Shown: piece by piece, positions 34,124-43,841 of the stretch
How the letters are laid out: every line of letters begins with the position of its first letter
Position numbering within the stretch: the first letter of the stretch is position 1
Source: a virus
Taxonomy: Duplodnaviria > Caudoviricetes
Virus record (IMG/VR): IMGVR_UViG_3300038856_000075
Coordinates: 1 to 63,550 of that record
Direction: 5' to 3' (one strand)
DNA: 63,550 nucleotides
The notes under the pieces: model-generated
Told to the model about the DNA's origin: nothing
What the model saw: the letters and a program-made list of their open reading frames with translations, nothing else
Database searches by the model: none
Made by a program: the position numbers and the translations under genes

Positions 34124-34683
34124 CAGGTGCGCCCCCACTTGAGCACGACGTCCTGGATGGTCGAGACCTGATCGAAGAAGGTGTCGCCGGTGAAGTATTT
34201 CTTGTGGTCTTCGGGCGTATACCGGAACACCCGCGGACGCTCAAGGTCGATCAACTCGTTTTCGATGGTCATCGAGATCGTCGCCGTCGTCTCCTGTTCA
34301 TCGATCTCCATCACGTCCATGCGGCCCGAGAACACGAGCGTGGGATCGCCGGTCAGTTTCGCGTCGACATCGAGCGTGCCGAAATAGAACAGCGCCGGCC
34401 GTCCTTGATAGTTCTGGTTGAAGGCGATCGCGAGGATGTCCGACGGAATGCCCGATAACACGAACTTGACCCCGGCCGCCCGGACGCGGATGGTTTCCTC
34501 GACCGGCGACACCTTGCCGAAGTTGCCGACGCCCGCCCAGGTCTTGCCGTCCCACGACAGGTTGCCGAACCCGGTCCAGAAATTGACGGTGCCGCCACTG
34601 AATTGCATCTCGACGAGAAAGATCGGATAAAGCGACTCGGCGAGAGTATCGGCCTCGACGCCGGCATCGACGGCCCGGCTCAT
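34123..34683 (-). CDS. Minor tail protein (lambda gpL/DUF2163-like)
   Basis: FWTG.G.L.W.GKTW.G.G...LSGIP...YQGR...FSGRMD.M.I. Confidence 0.85.
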   Translation of the reverse strand: MSRAVDAGVEADTLAESLYPIFLVEMQFSGGTVNFWTGFGNLSWDGKTWAGVGNFGKVSPVEETIRVRAAGVKFVLSGIPSDILAIAFNQNYQGRPALFYFGTLDVDAKLTGDPTLVFSGRMDVMEIDEQETTATISMTIENELIDLERPRVFRYTPEDHKKYFTGDTFFDQVSTIQDVVLKWGRT

Positions 34684-36002
34684 ATGACTTCCTCACACGC
34701 AAAGCTGAACGTGTAGCGCGGCACGAAATCGCTGTCCCACCCGGGGTCATTCGCCAGCAGCCGGAAGGTGCCCTTGCAGTTCGACGTGACGATGGCGGTG
34801 CCGTCCGGCACGTTGGCCCGGAGCGCGGGTTCGATATCGAGGATGGCCATACCGTCCTCGTCCGGGGATGCGTCGCGCACCACCATGTGGAGCCGCTGCC
34901 GGATGCCGTCGTTGAACTGGATGTAGTCGCCTTCCTTGAGGACGAAGGGATCGGGCGGAGTGAAGTTCGCCGTCCACAGCGCAGCGCCGTTGACGACCTC
35001 GACCTGATCGATGTTTCCGTTGTGCAAGAGCGATGGACTTCCAGAGACGAGATCGCAGCCGATCGTAAAAGCGGCAGAGCTATCGTGAAAGGTCAGCCCG
35101 GAGGACGATGCGGCCTCTATCCGGCCATTCAGCGCAATGCGCGCGGTTGTAGTCCCGTCGATCGTGTAGGCGATATGGTTCCATTCGTTCGGTCTGGCTT
35201 CGGTCACTCCGCGAATACTGGTGACGCCGCCGAGAGTCCCATTGGAAGACGAGAGCCCGAAAACCGTCGCCACGCCGGTAAGATTCTCGACGCCAATCTT
35301 CCAGCATCGTTCGTCCGTGCCGCGATCGTATTGGGCAAGTAACGTGAAGCTGGTACCAAAAGGGGGTAGCTCGGTTAATCTGAACCGGCAATGCGCCGTG
35401 AATTCGCCGGACGGTAACCAGTCCGCGCTATCGGGGATTGACACGTAGTCGCCCGATCCGTCCAAGAGCAGGCTTGCCGTGCCGATCCGTCTCTCCGCGG
35501 CATCCAGCACGGCGCCGCCGTTGAAAGTCAGAACATGCGTCGGGCTCGACGGGCTTAAATCGGGCGCAGACGTGGCGCCGTCGAGACCGTCGAACGGCGC
35601 GAACAGCACGTGGTTGGCGGTCGGCCCCGTGGGAGCGTCCCATCCCGTGACGTAAAGGCTGCGTTGTCCGGCGAGGTTAAATTCCGACGACGGCGAGCCG
35701 AAGGCCGACGCCATGGGCGATCCCGCCGCCGTACCGCGTGGCGTCCGCCGGTCCCAGTCGCCGAGATAGAACGTCCCGAACCGGCCCCGCAGCTTGGTGA
35801 AGAACGACGTCCAGGGCGCCGCCGCCGCCGCGCCCATCCGGGGTAAGCGCACCTCAGCTTGCCAAGCCTGACCCTGATGCGCGACGACTTGGGTTTCGTA
35901 AGTAAAGGGCGAGCGCGCCAAGCCGACGGCATTCCTGAGACGGAAGCTGGTATCCCTCGGCACCGGCGCCGACGGCAGATAGATAGGATACGAGATCGTC
36001 AT
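34680..36002 (-). CDS. Distal tail protein with inserted LamG-like domain
   Basis: SPFTYETQV...W.AEV.LP...F..KLRGR.GTF; insert FDG.DG.T...LDGSGDY...WNHIA...GNIDQV...WTANFTPP; LKEGDYIQ...IEPALR. Confidence 0.85.
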   Translation of the reverse strand: MTISYPIYLPSAPVPRDTSFRLRNAVGLARSPFTYETQVVAHQGQAWQAEVRLPRMGAAAAAPWTSFFTKLRGRFGTFYLGDWDRRTPRGTAAGSPMASAFGSPSSEFNLAGQRSLYVTGWDAPTGPTANHVLFAPFDGLDGATSAPDLSPSSPTHVLTFNGGAVLDAAERRIGTASLLLDGSGDYVSIPDSADWLPSGEFTAHCRFRLTELPPFGTSFTLLAQYDRGTDERCWKIGVENLTGVATVFGLSSSNGTLGGVTSIRGVTEARPNEWNHIAYTIDGTTTARIALNGRIEAASSSGLTFHDSSAAFTIGCDLVSGSPSLLHNGNIDQVEVVNGAALWTANFTPPDPFVLKEGDYIQFNDGIRQRLHMVVRDASPDEDGMAILDIEPALRANVPDGTAIVTSNCKGTFRLLANDPGWDSDFVPRYTFSFACEEVI

Positions 36003-38314
36003 CTGATACCGGAGCCGCGAGGATCGCGCGCGCGCGAATCCTGGACCACCCCGAGCGTGGCCTCGGCGATTTGCGGCAGCAGCGCCATGAGCTCGGCCCG
36101 GACCGTAGGCGCGACGCCGAGTGAGAAGTTGAGGCTCTGGTTGATCGTCGGCCCCGAGGCGCCGGCGAGGCGCACCGGGATCGATCGGCCATCGGGCAGC
36201 GGCACCACGGCCTCGGGCATGCGCTCGCCGATCGTCGCCAGCATCGGCCCCTGCACGATCCCGCCATGCGCGAAGCCCGGGACGTTGAACGAATCGACCC
36301 CGGCCGAGCCACCGCCGGCACCCGCGGCGCCGCCGCCAAAGATGCCGGAAAGGCCGCTGTCGATCACGCCCGAGAGCAGGTTTTCGAGCGGCTTCGTCAC
36401 CGTCAAACGAAGGATGATGCGGAGAATGTCGTCGGCGATGCCCTTGAGCACGGAGCGCAGGCTGTCGCCTCTGATCACCGCGTCCTCGAAAGCGGTCCCG
36501 ATGGAACGCGCGAAGTCGCGGCCCGCTGCCTGAGCGTCCTTGATAGCATCGCGCTGGCGCTGGATTTCCTCGCGCCCCTCCCCCAGGATGCGGGCGAGAC
36601 GGCGGTATGCGTCGGTCTCGGCCTCGGTGAGGTCGATGCCCTCGGACTTGAACTTGTTGATGATTTCGAGGAACGCCGCCTGCCGTTCGTACTCGGTGCC
36701 GCTGACCTTCAACGCCTCGATCAGTTGCCGGTTGCCCGCGATCTCGGTTTCGAGCTCTCGCGTCGTCTCCTGCTTGGCGGCGGCGACCTCGCGGATGCGA
36801 TCCGTCGCCATCTCGTGGGCCTTGTTGTCGAGGTCCAGCGCCTGGGCCTCGCGGAACAGCGCGTCGGCGACAAGCGCGACGGCGAGACCGTCGGCGGTCG
36901 ACAGATCGGTCTTCGCCTTCTTCAAGGCGTTGTAGACGAATTGTTCCTCGTTCGTGCGCTTCAGCTGGGCGCGCTCGAATTCCAGGGCGGTCAGGGTGTC
37001 GGTGACTTCCTTCGACCGCTGCCGCTTCGGCGTGGGCAGGCCGACCGGAAGCGGCACGTTGAACGGATCGATCGAGCCGCCGGTGGCGTTCCGCAACTCG
37101 TTGATGCGCGCCGCGGTGTCCTGGATGATCTTTTCGGTCTCGCCGATCCGCTTCTCGATCGTCTCCTTCGAAAACGGCCCGTAGACGAGATTGTCCCAAA
37201 AGCCGCGCTTCTGATCGCTGACCAGCTTGTCGAGATTGGCGCGCGCTTCCGCGAGACGGCGTTCCAGCCGGGTTATCTCGGGCGTCGACAAGGCACCGAC
37301 AACCGCGCCCGCGCCGCCGCCAATGGCGGCCCCCGGCAAGCCGCCCACGCGCGCGCCGCCCATGGCGCCGAGCACGCCGAGCAAGACTTCCTGGTGCTCG
37401 ATCAGGAACCGCGCGCCGTCGACCAGGGACGCGGTGAAATTCGCCGCGCCCTGCTGGAAGGCGGGGTCGGCGATCGTGTCGCGGATGCTGTCGATCGACG
37501 CCGCCATGCTGGTCGAGGCCGCGCTTCCGGAATCGATGAACCCGACCAGTTGGAGGAAGGAGTTCCGCAGTTCGGTGGTGGCGCGCCCCACGGTCCGCGG
37601 CACTTTCTCGAATTGGCGGTTGATCTGATCGGTCCGGTTCAGCACCGCCCTGAGGACGACCTCAGGGATGACCTTGCCTTCCTGCGCGAGTTGCCGGAAC
37701 TGGCCGATGGTCACGCCCATTTCGTCGGCGATCGCCCGGGCGAGGACGGGCATCTGCTCCATCACCGACCGCAGTTCGTCGCCGCGCAACGTGCCGGACG
37801 CGAGACCCTGCGACAACTGGATCAAGGCGGCCCTCGCCTCATTGGCTTCGACACCGGAAACCACGATCAGCTTTTGCAGGTTCTGCGTGAACTGCAGCAG
37901 CTGGTCCGTCGTCGCCCCGATCTCTTTCCTTGAAATGGAGAGTCGCTGAAATACCGTGACGACGCCTTCCAGCGATCCGCTGGTTTCCTGGGCGACCTCG
38001 AACAGCCGCCTGAACGTCGCGGCGCCTTCCTCGGCGTTGTCCGACACGATGTTCACCCGAGCGGCCAACAGCTTGTAGCTGTCCGCGAGTTGCACGACCT
38101 CGCGGATCGACAGCCCGATCCCGGCCGCGATCAGGACGCGCCCGAGCGTTCGGACCGACCGGTTGAGGCCCTCGACGCCGCCCGATGCCCGGCGGAAGGC
38201 GGTCTCCATCCGCTGCGCGGAATCGCGCGTCTGGCGCTCGGCGCGATTGAACCCGTCCCGGAGCTGGCGGGTATCAGCCGATATGCGGACTACAAGATCC
38301 TCAAGCGTCGGCAA
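35999..38314 (-). CDS. Tape measure protein
   Basis: LEDLVVRISADT; QLSQGLASGTLRGDELRSVMEQ tape-measure domain; FAHGG...GERMPEAVVPL. Confidence 0.93.
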   Translation of the reverse strand: MPTLEDLVVRISADTRQLRDGFNRAERQTRDSAQRMETAFRRASGGVEGLNRSVRTLGRVLIAAGIGLSIREVVQLADSYKLLAARVNIVSDNAEEGAATFRRLFEVAQETSGSLEGVVTVFQRLSISRKEIGATTDQLLQFTQNLQKLIVVSGVEANEARAALIQLSQGLASGTLRGDELRSVMEQMPVLARAIADEMGVTIGQFRQLAQEGKVIPEVVLRAVLNRTDQINRQFEKVPRTVGRATTELRNSFLQLVGFIDSGSAASTSMAASIDSIRDTIADPAFQQGAANFTASLVDGARFLIEHQEVLLGVLGAMGGARVGGLPGAAIGGGAGAVVGALSTPEITRLERRLAEARANLDKLVSDQKRGFWDNLVYGPFSKETIEKRIGETEKIIQDTAARINELRNATGGSIDPFNVPLPVGLPTPKRQRSKEVTDTLTALEFERAQLKRTNEEQFVYNALKKAKTDLSTADGLAVALVADALFREAQALDLDNKAHEMATDRIREVAAAKQETTRELETEIAGNRQLIEALKVSGTEYERQAAFLEIINKFKSEGIDLTEAETDAYRRLARILGEGREEIQRQRDAIKDAQAAGRDFARSIGTAFEDAVIRGDSLRSVLKGIADDILRIILRLTVTKPLENLLSGVIDSGLSGIFGGGAAGAGGGSAGVDSFNVPGFAHGGIVQGPMLATIGERMPEAVVPLPDGRSIPVRLAGASGPTINQSLNFSLGVAPTVRAELMALLPQIAEATLGVVQDSRARDPRGSGIR

Positions 38315-38528
38315 TGGAGCCTAGTCCCTTCTTGAAGGAGGCGAACTGGCGCTGGGCGGCGTAGTCGGGATCGTTGGCCGTCCGATGCGCGGCGATTGCG
38401 GCGAAAAGGTCGTGGGACGTGGACCGCCAAAACGTCTCCGGCGGCCAGTGCAGGATTGCGGCGGCGAAACCGGCGAACTCGCGGTAGGGAACGATGTCCG
38501 AGTTGGGCTCGCCGCCTACGCTTCCCCC
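38301..38528 (-). CDS. Tail assembly chaperone C-terminal segment (-1 frameshift product)
   Basis: GGGGGAA slippery site (38528-38522) just before TAG; -1 frame reads GSVGGEPNSDIVPYREFAGFAAAILHWPPETFWRSTSHDLFAAI. Confidence 0.75.
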   Translation of the reverse strand, partial: GGSVGGEPNSDIVPYREFAGFAAAILHWPPETFWRSTSHDLFAAIAAHRTANDPDYAAQRQFASFKKGLGSIADA

Positions 38529-38851
38529 GGCGGCTCGCCTCCGGTCAAGGCGTTGGTGAGGAAGTCGATCATGGACTGCGTAAGATCATGGAAGCCCGTC
38601 CGAAAGATCATGCGACCCACTTTCTCGTAGGTCTCAGGCCCCTTCGGCGCGTCGCCCGAGGCCTTCATGCCGGCGGTGAACACGGCCGCCATGTCGGAAA
38701 TGCCGTGTTCGCCGACCATCGCACGCCGGGCGAGGGCGACTATGCCGATACCGGTGCGGGATTCGATTTCGACCATGGATTCGAACGAAGGTCGCAAGAC
38801 GTAGTCCTTGCCCTCGAGGCAAACGGTGACGTCGCCGCGTTCGGTATTCAT
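38516..38851 (-). CDS. Tail assembly chaperone (GTA gp10-like)
   Basis: N.ERGDV...LEGK.YVLRPSFE...EIE..TG. Confidence 0.85.
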   Translation of the reverse strand: MNTERGDVTVCLEGKDYVLRPSFESMVEIESRTGIGIVALARRAMVGEHGISDMAAVFTAGMKASGDAPKGPETYEKVGRMIFRTGFHDLTQSMIDFLTNALTGGEPPGEA

Positions 38852-38852
38852 G

Positions 38853-39266
38853 TCAGGTCGCCGAGTAGGTCATCACCCCGTTGTTTTCGAGCGTGACGTT
38901 GTACTCGGTAGCGTTGTTGAAGCCGCCCGAGATGTTGAACGACGACACCGTAAAGTTGCCGATGTAGTTCGAATTCGAGCTGTTGAGCACGACCTGGCAT
39001 TCGACGTCCGTGCCGTTCTCCCATGCGTTGCGGATGATATCGAGTCCGGTGGTGTCGGGCCAATCCGCCTTGCCGCGGACGTTGATCGTCATCCGGCGCA
39101 GGACGTTGAGCGTCGATCCCCAACCCTGCTGGTCCTTATCGGTGATGTCATCGGTTTCCGTAGGCCCCGTCATCTCCGTGACCTGCTGACCCGCCAGCGT
39201 CGCGAAGCTGGTCGGCGAGCCCGCGCTGACTTTCAACAGAACATTCGTTCCCGCTTCCTTGGACAT
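38853..39266 (-). CDS. Tail tube (major tail) protein, TP901-1-like
   Basis: G..VLLKV...F.TLAG...DITDKD..GW...Y.GNF.VSSF...A.EY.VTL...G. Confidence 0.9.
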   Translation of the reverse strand: MSKEAGTNVLLKVSAGSPTSFATLAGQQVTEMTGPTETDDITDKDQQGWGSTLNVLRRMTINVRGKADWPDTTGLDIIRNAWENGTDVECQVVLNSSNSNYIGNFTVSSFNISGGFNNATEYNVTLENNGVMTYSAT

Positions 39267-39278
39267 TCGACTTCCTTC

Positions 39279-39998
39279 CTATCGATATCGATGGTGACGC
39301 GCAATCGAGGGCCGCGCGTAGGCCCACCACTCGTCGGCGTAGGCCAGCGAGTCGTCCAACATGTCGGGCGTCCCCCTCGTGTAGTGGACGACCTTGGGTT
39401 CGGTTTCCTCGGGCGAATAGCCCTCTAGCCAATTCCAGCCAGCCGGCAAGGATCCGATCTCGCCGTCATCGACCCAGAACATATTGTGGAGATAGCTGCC
39501 GTCCTGGTTATTGACGGCGTACTTGGTCAGCCGCCGACAGCGAGACGGCTTCAATAGCATGACCGACGACCAATTCTTGCGCGGGTACTTGCTTTGCAGC
39601 AGCCCGCCCATCTTCAGCCGCTCGACCGGATCGTGGCGCTGCTTGACGCACATCGCGGCGTATCTGTCGTCGGCGAGCGCGAACAGCTCGGCCACGTCCG
39701 CGCGCCACATCAGGTCGGCGTCGCCGAACAGCACCCATTCGTCGCCATAGCCCTCGATCAGCGGGACCAGGAACCGGCTGAACGAGAAATCGGTCGAGAA
39801 CTCCTTGCCGTCGCGCTCGTCGTACCGCTGGCCTCGTCTGTCGGTGTAATAGGCGCGGTAGTAGAGGCCGTCGCGGCGGAGATCCCAGTCGCGCAGCGGC
39901 ACAATCTCGACCGGTGCCGACGCGTGGCGCAGCATGGATGCGACGTTCACGTCATAGGCCAGCGCATCGCGGCCATCCCATCCGAGATAGACGCGCAT
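39279..39998 (-). CDS. GT-A glycosyltransferase (GT8/CDI-like)
   Basis: VYLGWD.R...AY.V...S, STDFSFSRFLVP, LFGDAD DxD, YPRKNWSSVML, WNWL, HYTRGTP. Confidence 0.85.
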   Translation of the reverse strand: MRVYLGWDGRDALAYDVNVASMLRHASAPVEIVPLRDWDLRRDGLYYRAYYTDRRGQRYDERDGKEFSTDFSFSRFLVPLIEGYGDEWVLFGDADLMWRADVAELFALADDRYAAMCVKQRHDPVERLKMGGLLQSKYPRKNWSSVMLLKPSRCRRLTKYAVNNQDGSYLHNMFWVDDGEIGSLPAGWNWLEGYSPEETEPKVVHYTRGTPDMLDDSLAYADEWWAYARPSIARHHRYR

Positions 39999-40768
39999 CA
40001 GCCCGGCCACTTCATGATCCAGTCGCCGCCATAGTCCTTGACCAAAACGGCGCCGAGCGATTGCAGATATTTCCCGGCCGCATTGCGCTCCTGGCCGTGG
40101 AACTTTGCTTCGTTACCCTTCTGCTCGATGACGACCGCGGGCCTGTTGCGCAGCAGCGTCTCGCGCGCGCCTTTGACGACCTCGATCTCGTAGCCCTCGA
40201 CATCGATCTTGACGAGGTCGACACGGTCGAACGCGTATTCGTCGAGTGGAGCGATGTCGACGGTCTCCGTTTCGACCGGCGCGTCGGTGACGATGCCGAG
40301 CCGGCGCCGTTCCTTGTGCGCGATGTCGTCGAGGGCGTCCGCGTCGGCGCCGATCACGTGGGCATTGCCCGTGTTCAAGTGATCGAGGACGATCCGGGCC
40401 GACCCGCGCGCTTCGCCGAGCCCGATGTGGTGGAGCACGACGTTCGGCGCGGTCACGTTCATCCCGAACAGGCTGCGGTGCAGCGACAACGGCTCGAAGG
40501 CATGGACTTCTTCGAACATCCCGGCCAGGTGCATCGACCATAGGCCAATGTGCCCGCCGACATCCACCGCCACGCGGCGGCGGTCAGGCGGGACGACGGT
40601 ATTCATCGCATAGCGCAGCTTGTGCAACTGGTACGAGCCCACAACCCGGCCGTCGGGGAGACTCACGTCACCGATCTTGGAATGGTTCTCGACCATCGAC
40701 GAAAGGTGCTTGTCGTGCTTGGGGAACCAGATCCCCTTGATCATCTTGGCTTCAAGGCCGCCGGTCAT
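39998..40768 (-). CDS. FkbM-family methyltransferase
   Basis: AVDVGGHIGLWS, HAFEP, VDLVKIDVEGYE. Confidence 0.9.
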   Translation of the reverse strand: MTGGLEAKMIKGIWFPKHDKHLSSMVENHSKIGDVSLPDGRVVGSYQLHKLRYAMNTVVPPDRRRVAVDVGGHIGLWSMHLAGMFEEVHAFEPLSLHRSLFGMNVTAPNVVLHHIGLGEARGSARIVLDHLNTGNAHVIGADADALDDIAHKERRRLGIVTDAPVETETVDIAPLDEYAFDRVDLVKIDVEGYEIEVVKGARETLLRNRPAVVIEQKGNEAKFHGQERNAAGKYLQSLGAVLVKDYGGDWIMKWPG

Positions 40769-41606
40769 TCAGCGTCTCCTCTATTGCGGTGACCGCTTCG
40801 TCCGCGGTGATTTCCTTGGCGATGGCCGCGCAGTGGCCACAGCTCACGCGCATGCCGCAGGGCGAGCCCCCGCCGCGATAGAGCGCGCGCTGCCCGTCAT
40901 ACCCGGTCGTTGTCGGCGAGATGTAGCCGCCGTGATAAACCACCGCCGGGACGCCCAGCGCCGCCGCCGCGTGGTGCAGCCCGCCCTCGGTGCCGATGTA
41001 GATCTCGGCCTGCGCGAGCACGGCGCAGGCATCGCGGAACGTGGCCGTGCGGATCGCAATTGCGTCCGGCAAACGCCGCGCCGGGTTGAACTGCACGATG
41101 GGCATGGCCAGGGCCCGGGCGGCCTCGATATAGCGTTCCCACGGCCATGCCTTGTTGGGAGAGGCGCCGTTCTTGACCCCGGCCTCGATCACGGCGAACG
41201 GCCCCAGGCCTTCCGTGACGCTTCGCGCGCGGGCCCGCTCCATTGTCGTCAGCCGGAGTTCACCTGGCCCGGCGGATTTGACCGACCAGTCGGTGAACCG
41301 CCAGGGCAGTTTCGGATCCCGCACCTTCATCGTGAATTGGCGGCCGGGGAACAGGTTGGCGAACTCGGTCTCCATCCGCGCCCTGTCCACATAGGGGCGG
41401 TGCCCGCTGTAGTTCACCAGCCATGCCACCGGCGTGCCGCGGTCCAGGTCCGCCTGTGCCGCGATATGTGGGTTGTGGCGGAACACCTCGATCTCGGGCG
41501 GCCCCATGCGCAACCTGTGACCGTCGCCGACCGCCACCTTGCGGCCGGTGTTTGCATGCAGCTCTCTTGCCTGCGCCGAGACCATCAGCGCGTCGCCGTA
41601 GCCCAT
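40752..41606 (-). CDS. GT9 (heptosyltransferase-like) glycosyltransferase
   Basis: MGYGDALM, F..NPHI, NKAWPWERY, IGTEGGLHHAAAALGVPAVV, C-terminal CxxxxxCxxC. Confidence 0.85.
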   Translation of the reverse strand: MGYGDALMVSAQARELHANTGRKVAVGDGHRLRMGPPEIEVFRHNPHIAAQADLDRGTPVAWLVNYSGHRPYVDRARMETEFANLFPGRQFTMKVRDPKLPWRFTDWSVKSAGPGELRLTTMERARARSVTEGLGPFAVIEAGVKNGASPNKAWPWERYIEAARALAMPIVQFNPARRLPDAIAIRTATFRDACAVLAQAEIYIGTEGGLHHAAAALGVPAVVYHGGYISPTTTGYDGQRALYRGGGSPCGMRVSCGHCAAIAKEITADEAVTAIEETLNDRRP

Positions 41607-41668
41607 ATTGTTCGATTTTCCTGGTTCCAGGTCTCGATGCGCCGGCTCGTCACCGGGAAGCGGCCTAT

Positions 41669-42460
41669 TTAGCCGTGCACGGCGCGCTGACGGGCCTTGG
41701 CCGCCTGTCCGGCCCCCTGGGACGCCAGAACCGCCTCGACGCGCGCAACGTCGCCCGGAGCGTCGACTGAGAAGTATTTCCGATCCCGTCCGATTTTCAC
41801 CGCGATGACCGGGACGGTATTGTCCAGCCACCGGTTCATGTCGCAGGATTCGGCGCGCTCCAACAGCGATGGGCGGCAAAGGGCGAACTCGCTCAAAATC
41901 TCGACAGTGAAGCCGAAGACCCCGCCGACGCGCCATCCAAAGAGGCTGTCTCCCGGCAACCGGTCGGACGGAATCGGCTGCCTAGAAGTGTAGAGCACGC
42001 GATCATTGCGGTTGGTCACCAGCTTGACCGTGTTGGGGTCGTGGAACTGGCCGGAATCGGCGATCGGCGCGGCCAGCACGACCGGATAGGCGGCGCGAAT
42101 CAACTCGGCCATGATCTCGATATCGCCGGTCGAAATCAGCGGTTCGTCGGCCTGGACGCAGAGCATCATGGCTTTTCCGTCGAGACCCATGATCTCCGCC
42201 GTCTCGGCGACGCGCTCGAGCGCGCGTTCGTGAAGAGGGCTCGTCATGATCACGCCGCAGTCGTCGGCCCGATAGCGGGAGGCGACGAAATCGGCTATTT
42301 CCGCGTCCGGCGTCGCGACCACCAGACTGTCGAACGCATAGCCGAGCGAGGCATCAATCGCGTATTGGATCATCGGCTTGCCGGCGATGCGGTGTAGTGG
42401 CTTCCCGGGAAAGCGCGACGACGCCATGCGGGCCGGGATCACGCCGAAGACTTGCCTCAT
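41669..42460 (-). CDS. kdsB: CMP-Kdo synthetase-like cytidylyltransferase
   Basis: VIPARMASSRFPGKPL..IAGKPMI, VQADEP, DPNTVK, YTSRQPIP, LERAES. Confidence 0.85.
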   Translation of the reverse strand: MRQVFGVIPARMASSRFPGKPLHRIAGKPMIQYAIDASLGYAFDSLVVATPDAEIADFVASRYRADDCGVIMTSPLHERALERVAETAEIMGLDGKAMMLCVQADEPLISTGDIEIMAELIRAAYPVVLAAPIADSGQFHDPNTVKLVTNRNDRVLYTSRQPIPSDRLPGDSLFGWRVGGVFGFTVEILSEFALCRPSLLERAESCDMNRWLDNTVPVIAVKIGRDRKYFSVDAPGDVARVEAVLASQGAGQAAKARQRAVHG

Positions 42461-43059
42461 TTCGGTAGCCTCTTGAGACGGCTGACCGTCATGTGCAGAA
42501 TCGCCATGAAGGCGTCCTCGATCGGGCCGTCGTCGGGTTCGGTCGGCACGTGCACATTGATCGACGCCATGCCCCTGAGGCCGCCGCCGTCGCTACCGGT
42601 CATCGCGATCGTCCGCAGCCCCATCTCTTCCGCGGCCCGTATCGCGTTGATCACGTTCTCGGATTGGCCGGACCCAGACAGCCCAACCGCGATGTCGCCC
42701 GGTTGCGCCAACACGCGGAGCTGGCGTTCAAATATCGCCTCGTATCCATGGTCGTTGCCGACGCCGGTCAGCGCCGCGGCGTTGGCGGCCAGGCTGTACG
42801 CGCGCAGTCCGGGCGTGATCGCAACCGACAGGTCGTTGGCCCATTCGTCGGCCAGGGCCGCCTTGCCGCCGTTGCCGAAGAAGTAGACCGCCATCCCCCG
42901 AATGCGCGCGCCCCGGAGCGCGATGATCATCTCCGCCAAGCTTTCCGATTTCACGTTCGACAGGACCTCGCCCAGATAGCGGAAATAGGACTGCGCGAAA
43001 TCGCCGTGGCGGTGGTACCGGTCGTGCATCCGATCTAGTTGCGTTTCCCGATCGCTCAT
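42457..43059 (-). CDS. gmhA: SIS-domain phosphoheptose isomerase-like protein
   Basis: FFGNGG.A, LTGVGNDHGYEAIFERQL, GLSGSGQSENV, MTGSDGG.L, IEDAF. Confidence 0.8.
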   Translation of the reverse strand: MSDRETQLDRMHDRYHRHGDFAQSYFRYLGEVLSNVKSESLAEMIIALRGARIRGMAVYFFGNGGKAALADEWANDLSVAITPGLRAYSLAANAAALTGVGNDHGYEAIFERQLRVLAQPGDIAVGLSGSGQSENVINAIRAAEEMGLRTIAMTGSDGGGLRGMASINVHVPTEPDDGPIEDAFMAILHMTVSRLKRLPK

Positions 43060-43841
43060 GCTTCGTTCAGATCCCTCCATGCAGTTCCGTCCCCGATCTC
43101 GACCGCTGTCCACTGGTTCGCGGCCAACCACGCCGCCCATTCGGCCCGTCCGTCCGGGCGCGGCGGATCCTCGATCCGCGACAGATCGCGGCCGGCCATC
43201 GGCGATGCCGCGCATTTTGCCGTCACGAACGCCGGAACCCCCGCCAGGAGGGCCTCGACGGCGACCCGCGAATCGAACGTCACCACCGCCCAGGCCAGCG
43301 CGAGCGCGACCTCGAACGGCATTTCACCGGGCTTGCGCAGGGGCTTGTCACGGACGATGATCGGGCGGTCCGTGTATTGGCGCAGCGACGCCATCGTCTC
43401 GCTCAGCCACCGGTCGCGGGTCAGCCCGCCGCCATGCAGGTCGAAGTGATAGGCCGATTGCAGGCAGACGAGAATGTCGCGGCCGTTGCGGTGCCAGGGC
43501 CGGATGGGCGGCATATACCGGTCCCGCCGGTCCGCATCACCGCGCCCGATCTCCGTCACTTGCCGCGCGTTGCGCGTGATCCGGAATATCTCGGTCGGTT
43601 GCCCGTCCGCCTTCGCCGGCCCCGGCGCATAGCCGTTGTCGCCGTAGTAGTAGGTCGTCCGCGTCCCCTGGGCCTGGGCCCACAGCACTCTCTGGCGCGG
43701 CGTGATGCCGTAGAAGAACGCCTCGCCGGGAAACAGTGTCTTCGCGTTCTGCGCGATGCGCCCGGCGCAGCCCGACGCGAACAGCCTGGCGAGACGGCGC
43801 GATTTCCGCTTGGCGGAATCGACGTAGCACCAGACGGTCAA
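43056..43841 (-). CDS. Capsule-synthesis (KpsS/KpsC-like) glycosyltransferase, paralog 3
   Basis: YGDNGY...RITRN...PWHRNG..ILVC...RPIIVRDKP...VVTFDSRVAVEALLAGVP. Confidence 0.7.
   Translation of the reverse strand: MTVWCYVDSAKRKSRRLARLFASGCAGRIAQNAKTLFPGEAFFYGITPRQRVLWAQAQGTRTTYYYGDNGYAPGPAKADGQPTEIFRITRNARQVTEIGRGDADRRDRYMPPIRPWHRNGRDILVCLQSAYHFDLHGGGLTRDRWLSETMASLRQYTDRPIIVRDKPLRKPGEMPFEVALALAWAVVTFDSRVAVEALLAGVPAFVTAKCAASPMAGRDLSRIEDPPRPDGRAEWAAWLAANQWTAVEIGDGTAWRDLNEA

Noticed and set aside
34680-37199. 839-aa ORF as listed in the track
   Set aside because: The first ~400 aa overlap the tape measure gene out of frame; the real start is ATG 36002
36266-37933. Long plus-strand ORFs opposite structural genes (also 31674..33572, 59088..60497 and others)
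   Set aside because: Antisense shadows typical of high-GC coding DNA, with no recognisable motifs
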